A stretch of DNA of 64,000 nucleotides from Octopus vulgaris (lineage: Eukaryota). The notes under the pieces were generated by a model. The model did not search any database, was not told where the DNA came from, and saw nothing but the letters and a program-made list of their open reading frames with translations. The stretch lies in the NCBI GenBank assembly GCA_951406725.2, contig OX597825.1, positions 14,136,001 to 14,200,000 of the forward strand, written 5' to 3'. Positions 53,837 through 64,000 of the stretch are shown here, one piece after another. The position numbers and the translations under genes are program-made. Each line of letters begins with the position of its first letter. The first letter of the stretch is position 1.

Positions 53837-54221
53837 AGATCAAAGAAAAAGTAAAAAATACCTAAACACGCCTACACACATACGATCCTACTTACACACC
53901 CGCATGCGCACGCACGCTCATATTCATACAGCCACACGCATGCGTACACGTGTATGTGTGTGTGTGTAGGAATTTACGTATGATTGACCTTTTGACACGC
54001 TAAAATCTCGACATTTTCATATTATGGTTACAGGGAATTACAACTGTTGACTGTTACCTGGTTACTGTAATGCACAATTATGTTGAAATATGGAGAACTG
54101 GCAGACGACGCACAAAAGAGTCCACAATCTCTTATTCCTTTCTTCTCTCTTCCCTGGTCCGATAATGTGCTTCTCTCTCTCTGTCTCCCTCCATCCCTCT
54201 TTTCCCGTATATGTATGTGTG

Positions 54222-54295
<74 letters not shown>

Positions 54296-54363
54296 CATAT
54301 ATATATAAATATACATACATATATACATATATATATCTTAAACATTCTATATAGGTATACACA

Positions 54364-54419
<56 letters not shown>

Positions 54420-54447
54420 TATATATATATATATATACATACATATA

Positions 54448-54485
<38 letters not shown>

Positions 54486-54560
54486 CATATGTATGTATGT
54501 ATGTATCTATATCTCTATATATATTTATATGTACAGAAAAGAGAAAAGTGTATATATGTA

Positions 54561-54641
<81 letters not shown>

Positions 54642-54872
54642 GTATACACACACACATACACACATTCATACATATGTAATGCTCTCTCAGCGTGATCAAT
54701 AAAATATGCGTATATGCCTTTTTTGAAAATTACGATAAGAGGGGCAGCTATTTATCAGTTCAGATGGTTGAGATCATATGAACAAAGTGGTTCAGTTTGC
54801 TTAGGTGGAGAGGAGCTCTTTTCCCTTACTGGTCACAAGCTAAATAGACCTGTTTCACATCTTTCTTTCTTT

Positions 54873-54931
<59 letters not shown>

Positions 54932-56186
54932 ATTCACTTTTTGTGTTTTCGCTAGTTAATCTTTCGTGATCTAATATAAAAGATTTATTTCCGTTTTTGT
55001 AGCCATTTTCCTTCTTTTGTTTTCTGCCAGCATTTCACATTTTCCCTGCCTTTCTGCTGTATTTATTTCAAATACTTTACCCTCTTCTTTTATTCCCCCC
55101 TTTCTCTCTCTTTTCTTTTCTATTCTTCAACTTTACCTTTGTTTCCTCCGTATTTTTGTCTTTCCTTTTATGTTTCTGTCTCTTTATCTAGAATTTCCTG
55201 TAGGTGTTTCTGAACTGAAAAAATAATATGTTTACACGGTGTTTGCAAAAGGACTTAGAAAGAAATATCTAAGAAGATTTAGTTTATTGAAATAATAAAA
55301 CATAGAAAAATCTTATTAGCATATACGTAAAGAAATATATGTAAACATCATTAACATATACGTGTTCTAGTTTCAGCTAGCGATTCTCAGGTACAAAACT
55401 AATGATTTAACATTTGAAAGGATAGGGCAATTTAGCAACCTTTTTTCATTGATGTATACTTGTAGCAGGAATATGAACAGAGTCCTAGACACCAACTCAC
55501 GGTTGATATAGGGTAAAGGCAAACTTTGTACATCTGTCCTTGTGTATCGTAGGTGTTTGGTTAAAGCAAATAACACAAAAGACCGCGTAAAGTGAATCAG
55601 AGATAAATTAATAATTAAACATATGGTGCAAATAGGTTTTGTTCCGAGGCACGAAATTGTCGTGAACATCGTAGCTGGAATGTGCTTTTGCGGTCCAAGC
55701 AGAATCTTCCATCGATCGCCGGCTCGGGCCATAATAGATTACTTTCCGATAAACATAAATAGGTTCACATTTAGCGTACTGTGTTGTCTTGAATCAGCGA
55801 TGAATAAATCAATGATAAACGAAGACAGATGTACTGTAACAACGTGTTAGCGCTGTGTGTACTTTATGATAGAGGTAAGAAAATGTGTATGACATTATTT
55901 GCGAAGCTGTCACAGAAGGCAAAATTTTCATGTAATAAACTGATACACATACCAGATTTTTGTAGCTCAACCTAATCCAAATATAACAACGAAAGATTTT
56001 GGACATTGCACTAGAAACTAAAGAAACATTTAACCATTTTATATAGCTCTCACTGCTTCTCCTGGTGATAAGGGATGGATTTGAGATGCCTATTTTCATC
56101 GAACGGGTCATAGCTAATCGTGAAATAACTACTTTCCAGTCCGGCCATGGGGTTCCAGTCACTGTTTTATTAACTATTATCTTTTT

Positions 56187-56598
56187 TAGGAGTGGCTGTG
56201 TGGTAAGTAACTTGTTTACCAACCACATGTTTCCGGGTTCAGTCCCACTGCGTGGCAACTTGGGCAAGTGTCTTCTACTATAGCCTCGGGCCACCCAAAG
56301 ACTTGTGAGTGGATTTGGTAGACGGAAACTAAAAGAAGCCCGTCGTATATATGTATATATATATATGTGTGTGTGTGTGTATATGTTTGTGTGTCTGTGT
56401 TTGTCCTCCCCCAACATCACTTGACAACCGATGCTGGTGTGTTTACGTCACCGTAACTTAGCGGTTCGGCAAAAGTGACCGATAGAATAAGTACTAGGCT
56501 TACAAAGGGTAAGTCCTGGGGTCGATTTGCTCGACTAAAGGCGGTGCTACAGCATGGCCACAGGCAAATGACTGAAACAAGTAAAAGAGTAAAGAGAG
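56187..56598 (+). mobile_element. SINE family A, full length
   Basis: Aligns to 10606-11028. Confidence 0.9.
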
Positions 56599-57872
56599 TT
56601 ATTTAGCTGTTGTTACTCGATATTTAACTGACATAAATTATTAAACAGATCTACATCAGTTTCATATTATAACACAAAGATATTTTCCTGTTTCGGAGTT
56701 ATAGCAGTCCTTGATTAATCTAATATGAAGTCACGTCGTTCCTACGGCATATCTGTCATTGGATAAATGAATTTATTTCCCATTCTTTTCCAGTCTTTTT
56801 GATATGAGGTTATATCACTTGATAGTCCCACTATAAAAGTCAATGATTATTCTTTTTTAAAATTGGTTCTCGAGGTACATATAAAGCTATAAATATTATC
56901 ATGTAATTTTTGGTTTGGAAAACTATTTCGATAGAAAAAGCCGAAGGCTGCGAGTCATTGCATCAATTCATAGCATCAGTTCCTTTCCTTCATTAAATTT
57001 GGTAATCCTGGTGAAACTCATCTTCTGAGGCTATGCGTCCATAGACTCTCTCACAGAATTCACCCAACTTTGACATTTGGTATAATGCTGTGGGTTGCCC
57101 ACAGCTCATCTTCTTTTAAGTAACCCCATTTGGGAGCCGATTTGGTTGAAGATCATTCAGCCTCCAGCAGATAGTACTGGATTACACGCTGAATAATAGT
57201 ATATTTCTATCAACGGATGAGGGAATCAGTCCAGATCTGACAAAATAGTTGCGCTATATATTTTTGTATTTTGAAGTTAGGCTATATTTTGTATTAAAGC
57301 GTCGTATTGAACTATAGTGCAAAACCTATTATTTTCCTTACCATCTGTGTTTCTTCTATGGAATATGAATATTTCATCAGTGATTTCTGACTTAAGAAGA
57401 ACAGAATGCAGCGTCAGCGGAAACCAATGAAATTGTGTGGAGATCATGTTGTTTTTAAAGGCATTAACACTGTTTAAATATTTCTTTCTCTTATCAAAAA
57501 TTCCAAGTATATTGAAGCTCATTCTGATTGCTTATGAAATATCTTGATATTAAAAGACATTAAACATATAAGCAATAAAGAGATTTAACAATGTTAAGAA
57601 TTATTCAAGGAATATCTCAGCCTCTCTCTTTCTCTCTCTCTTACTATGTGTGTGACTATGTTAGTTTGCTTCAGGATTCAAAACACCATTCTCATATCAC
57701 AAAGCAAACGAAAATCATTGTTGACATTAATGGCAAATCAATCGTGTAAAAACATTCGCGTCATGAATAAGAGAAGTTATTCGTGGTTCTGTTACGTAAC
57801 GCCAATAGGATATTTGTTCAGGCTATCAGATGGAATATCAATGGTTCCGATTCAGTTATAGGTGCGGAGTTA

Positions 57873-58289
57873 AAGGCGGCGAGCTGGCAGAAACGTTAGC
57901 ACACCGGGCGAAATGCGTAGCCGTATTTCGTCTGCCGTTACGTTCTGAGTTCAGATTCCGCCGAGGTCGACTTTGCCTTTCTTCCTTTCAGGGTCGATAA
58001 ATTAAGTACCAGTTATGCACTAGGGTCGATGTAATCGACTTTATCCCTTTGTCTGTCATTGTTTGTCCCCTCTGTGTTTAGCCCCTTGTGGGTAGTAAAG
58101 AAATAGGTATTTCGTCTGTTGTTACGTTCCGAGTAAAAATTCCGTCGAGGTCGACTTTGCCTTTCATCCTTTCGGGGTCGATAAATTAAGTACCAGTTAT
58201 ACATTGGGATCGATGTAATCGACTTAATCCGTTTTTCTGTCCTTGTTTGTCCCCTCTGTGTTTAGCCCCTTGTGGGAAATAAAGAAATA
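57873..58289 (+). mobile_element. SINE family B dimer with 16-bp TSD
   Basis: tataggtgcggagtta (57857-57872) and tataggtgtggggtta (58290-58305). Confidence 0.9.
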
Positions 58290-58948
58290 TATAGGTGTGG
58301 GGTTATGTCCAAAGACAATGATGCTTTTAGAGGCTTTGAAAAGGATCTGTTGGCAAATGATATTTCACGTTGGTGTATCTGATTGCTCTGAGCAACAACA
58401 GTGATTATATAACTAAGGATTATTTGAGAGAATCGTTGCCAACTCAATCTCCGCAAAAACACCTTAAAACCCGCACGAAACAGCAGCAGCAGCACCGGCA
58501 GCGATGATGAGAGTAACGAAGGCAGCAATAATTAAATTATCCGTAAACGCTGATAACATAAAATCATATCTTGAAGCAAATAACCCGGGGAAAAGAGGGA
58601 TGAGTTAACGATTCAAATATGGAGGTTAATTTTGGAAGAAACGTAATATTTATATATATTTTTTTGTTAAACATACAGAAGAGTCACAGATGACGTGAGT
58701 ATGATACGTTGATATCTCGGTTAGACTTATTTCCTCTCGAGCAATGAAACGCGAAAATGACTATAAAATAAGTACAGCAGCAGCAACAACAACAACGACA
58801 ACAACAAGGAAAACAACAACAATAATGATTATGATGATGATGATGATGATAATGATAATAAAAAGTTATCTTAATGTATAACATTTCGTGTCAAGTATTC
58901 GAAGCAAATTTGGGGTAATTCATTTCCTCTACGTACGGATGTAACTGC

Positions 58949-59005
<57 letters not shown>

Positions 59006-59036
59006 CATATATATATATACATATATATACATAGAC

Positions 59037-59105
<69 letters not shown>

Positions 59106-59126
59106 AACACACATATATACACACAC

Positions 59127-59157
<31 letters not shown>

Positions 59158-59209
59158 TATACAAACACAGACACACAGATATATATATACACACATATAT
59201 ATACATATG

Positions 59210-59241
<32 letters not shown>

Positions 59242-59490
59242 GCATACATACATACAAGGAGAGAGAGATAGATAGTTAGATAGGTAGACTGACAGATATA
59301 CATACATATATATGTATACATATGCACATACATATATGCATTATGTGTGTGTGTGTGTGTGTGTGCGTTTGTGTATGTTGGTATGTGTGCTGTGCGTATA
59401 TTTATATCATTTTAATTACGAACATAAATAACGAAAAGCAACACGCAAATATATGAGCGCATGCGTGTATGGGAAGGAAACAGAGAGAGG

Positions 59491-59524
<34 letters not shown>

Positions 59525-60151
59525 ATAAGAACGGGAGACAAATAAAGATGGAGAGAAAGGGAGAGAGAGAGAGAGAGAGAGAGCGATTATGTGCACGTAC
59601 TTGTTACACTACAATACGTATATGACATATTCTAATTCACACACACACACTCATACACACACACTGACGTTAAATGATAATAATGATGTTGATGATGATG
59701 CTAAATACCTACACACACACACACACACACAGGCACACACATACACAAACACACACATAGGCACAATCAGTGAGAGTCATTCGAAGTCTCTGAGACACAT
59801 GTTGGTAATTATGGAACCGAACCACCGTTATTTCGGTTAGAGGATTACAAGGCAGTCGCATAACAAGAGTATACTTTTTTCTATCAGACTGCGATATACC
59901 CATGAGAAAAGGAAAAACGTAGATAAAACATTCACCGTTAGATCACGCATCGTTAATTCTCTTGCTTCACTTAGACCCACGTATACGCTTTCATTCGCTC
60001 TGCATACAACGACGCGCATACACATGTGCATACACACACACATGAACACCACATATCTGTATACATATATGCATATACATACATATATATACACACACAC
60101 ATAAAAATATATGTACATATACACTATATATATACACATATACACATATAA

Positions 60152-60182
<31 letters not shown>

Positions 60183-60188
60183 CATACA

Positions 60189-60264
<76 letters not shown>

Positions 60265-60672
60265 ATATATATATGTGTGTGTGTATGTATGTCTTGAGAT
60301 GTTTGCTTGTCTTAACGTTTGTTGTCCTCTTTAACAATTATATACATATGTGTGTATGAGTGTGTGTATGTATGTATATATATGCATACATACATACATA
60401 CATACATACACTTATACACATATATTCTCTGTATTTATCCCTCTCTCTCTGTATACACACACGAAAAACAAATGCACACACACACACATAAGTATAGAGA
60501 GAAAATAACAGGGAACGCATCAGCTTTAAGGCTTGATTACAGTATCATAGCACCAAAAGATATATAGTGTTCAACAAAAAAAATTTGTAATGGATATATA
60601 TATATAGTTTAATATGAGCTACAGATTATTCTGTCGTTTGTGTGTGTGTGTATATATATATATATTCTTATA

Positions 60673-61056
60673 TTCTTTTACTAGTTTCAGTCATTTGACT
60701 GCGGCTATGCTGGCGCACTACCTTTAGTTGAACAAATCGACTCCAGGACTTATTCATTGTAAGCCTAGTACTTATTCTATCCGTCCCTTTTTTGCCGAAC
60801 CTCCAGGTTACTGGGACGTAAACACACCAACATCGGTTGTCAAGCGATGATGGATGGGACAATCACAGATACATACATGCATACATATATATATACATAC
60901 GTTTATATACGACGGGCTTCTTTCGGTTTCCGTCTGCCAAATCCACTCACAAGGCTTTGGTCGGCCTGAGGCTATAGCATAAGACACCAGCCCAAGGTGC
61001 CACGCAGTTGGACTGAGCCCGGAACCATGTAATTGGTAAACAAACTGTCTACCACA
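60673..61056 (-). mobile_element. SINE family A
   Basis: Reverse complement aligns to 10606-11028. Confidence 0.85.
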
Positions 61057-61119
61057 CACACTCTCTCTCCCCTCTCTCCCACCCTTTTCTCTCTCTCTCT
61101 CTCTATATATACATATGTT

Positions 61120-61160
<41 letters not shown>

Positions 61161-61208
61161 ATTATATGCATGTATATATATATGTGTGTATATTTAGTGC
61201 ATGCATAC

Positions 61209-61247
<39 letters not shown>

Positions 61248-61265
61248 TACGTACATATAGTGTTT

Positions 61266-61391
<126 letters not shown>

Positions 61392-61692
61392 TCGCACACT
61401 CATAATTATGTATATGCGTGCATATGTGTAGGAAAGTATGAGCTTGTGTGAGTTTGGCTTTTTTTTTCGTTAGGAGAAACTCTGAGAGTGAAATGTAAAA
61501 TGTGGTAGGATTTCCATGCTTCTGCCAAACACATAGAATGCCACGTCGATATTGGTGTTTATATCACGAATCATATGATTTTGCTCAAATGTATATCGAC
61601 AGCAAGGAGAGAGTCCACTCTTCGAATATAGTCTTACTAAAAAATGCCATCGTTTGGGACTTGCACACACACAGACACAGACACACAGACAC

Positions 61693-61723
<31 letters not shown>

Positions 61724-61865
61724 GACACGCTCGCGTAGATATACAATGACTGTATCTAGGTTTAGATTTATAAATACATATATATATATATATATATATA
61801 AATATGCTTATATGCATGTATATGTACATATATAGATATGTTCATGCATATACGTGAGTGTATGA

Positions 61866-61905
<40 letters not shown>

Positions 61906-62089
61906 AGGTATGCTTATTTTATTTATAAATACAAATATATACATGTGTACATACACAGAGATACACACACATAAACGCACATATGTATATATACAGAGAT
62001 ATGTTTATATATATATATATATGTATATATGCTTAAATATGCATACGAACTTTCCAATACACGGATATGTGTGTTTATATATATTTAAG

Positions 62090-62130
<41 letters not shown>

Positions 62131-62280
62131 ATTTATATATATATATATACATGTATGTATGTGAGTGTGCGTCACTGTGTTTGTGTGTACACACATGTAC
62201 ATGCATACATGATACATACATATATACTTATTAACTCAAATACGCAGGCATACGCATATATTATATGTGTATACATATAA

Positions 62281-62333
<53 letters not shown>

Positions 62334-62378
62334 TACAGAGAGAGAGAGAGAGAGAGATAGACAGACAGATAGACAGAT

Positions 62379-62420
<42 letters not shown>

Positions 62421-62480
62421 GGATGGATGGATGGATGGATAGATAGATAGATAGATAGACAGACAGATAGACAGATAGAT

Positions 62481-62537
<57 letters not shown>

Positions 62538-62546
62538 TATATATAT

Positions 62547-62635
<89 letters not shown>

Positions 62636-63127
62636 AAGGAAGATAGATGGCAGTTCAGAAATTAAATTTCGGTTTTGAGGTGATGTGTGTGAAGAACATA
62701 AAGCAGAACAGGAAAGCCAGCGTTCATCAAAGTAGACCAAATTTCATTCAATCCGCCTTTTCCCAGTTGCACACTTCAAAATCATACGTCAGATATTAGG
62801 AGTTGCAATAATTTATACTTTGTTAAGATTATAAATGTCATGCTTCCTAAACGTACGTTTATTTATGTACGATCTAATATATAAGATGAAATCTATAAAG
62901 CATTGTTTGAATGTATACATATGTTCTGATATGAGCTTGCTTCGCTCCGTTTTTCTATAAGTTTACCGGTTAACATTTCTACCTGCCAGTTTCTATTGGT
63001 GTATATTAAAGAACGAAATGAATGTCTTATAACATAGCAATACATTCATCTCTAAGTTTCTTATATTGAAGCAGTATTACAAATTCAATTCTTGTTGCTA
63101 CGGCAGTTATTATTATTGTCATTGTGA

Positions 63128-63298
63128 AAGAGGTGAACTGACAGAAACCATAGCAACTCCGGGTAATATGCTCAGAAGCGTTTCGTCTTTTTTTTACGTC
63201 TGAATTAAAATTCCGTCAAGATCGGATTTTCCTTTTATCCTTTCGTGATCGATAAAATAAGTACCAGTTGAGTACTGGGATCGATGTAATCAGCTGGT
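63128..63298 (+). mobile_element. SINE family B, diverged
   Basis: Degenerate colinear match ending gataaaataagtaccagttgagtactgggatcgatgtaatc. Confidence 0.7.
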
Positions 63299-63399
63299 GA
63301 TCAGAGATGCACATATCGCCAGTTACTAAGGGACATGCTCAACTGACTACGGTCAAAAAATGACAAGCAAATGTGTGTGGTATTGAGCAGAATATTTGC

Positions 63400-63750
63400 T
63401 GTAGGCAATCTTTTATACAAAGACAAAGCAATGTACATGAAAAATCTTCCAATGAAGTTAAGGTTAGAAGCCATGGAAAACATATCTGTGCTAGATATAA
63501 TTTTCTCTGCAGATGACTTGGATATTTTATTTCAGATTTTGTATGGTCGCTCTTATTTATTATAAAGGAATTTCCTAGCTTTGGAAATATGCTTCTTGAG
63601 GTGTTTTAATGTATGTCACACATTCTAATTTTCCAGGACAGGTAATGTTTCTTGTGAATGCCAAATACATTTTTGCATTAAGAAACCGAATTATTTAGTG
63701 TTGGCTAACATTCGATGCCTTGGTACAATATGGCGTATCATTTCAGAAAT
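63400..63750 (+). pseudogene. Possible degenerate non-LTR reverse transcriptase remnant
   Basis: IIFSADDL resembles the (Y/F)ADD catalytic motif, and a YL-containing motif lies downstream. Heavily decayed. Confidence 0.35.
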
Positions 63751-64000
63751 AGATATCACCAGTGACATTTACCACTTACTTACAAGAATTGTAGATACTA
63801 ATGTTATCATTTTGCATCGAAATGAATTAGATATATCATGGAAAACTTAACTTTAAATCTTACTTGTCTGAAAGTTGCTCATGCATTCTAAATATCGTGG
63901 CACTTACCGACTCGCTTTAAATATTTCGACGTATTCGTGATCCATACGCGGCTCGCAAGTCGGTTCCGGCAGATTGGTTGAAATTGTCGGGTCTTTCATT

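Noticed and set aside
55380-57280. Possible decayed LINE C-terminus (VVISRL, KPICTIC) interrupted by a SINE
   Set aside because: The motifs are too fragmentary to assign without a profile search.

Overview
This is an AT-rich, microsatellite-saturated eukaryotic window, intronic or intergenic. Its SINE and repeat complement looks like an octopus or other coleoid cephalopod genome (inferred from the repeats only). No recognisable intact protein-coding gene is present, and nearly all ORFs in the track are translations of (TA)n/(CA)n/(AAT)n tracts or SINEs. Supported features: many copies of three tRNA-type SINE families (several with target-site duplications, recurrent dimers and one chimera), a decayed full-length Tc1, an internally deleted mariner, a 9-bp-TSD MITE, RTE/CR1-like LINE remnants and a probable Helitron remnant. 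The standout is 45073-46203, a non-coding ~360-bp unit arranged as one inverted copy plus two tandem copies inside a (TA)n tract. Each copy carries a type I hammerhead ribozyme (HHR) with a U3-A8 covariant core and a palindromic helix III, on a long rod-like stem, i.e. a retrozyme or Penelope-pLTR-like self-cleaving, potentially circular RNA element. At least three other unrelated HHR-bearing repeat families occur in the window, typically with fold-back ends and next to microsatellites.
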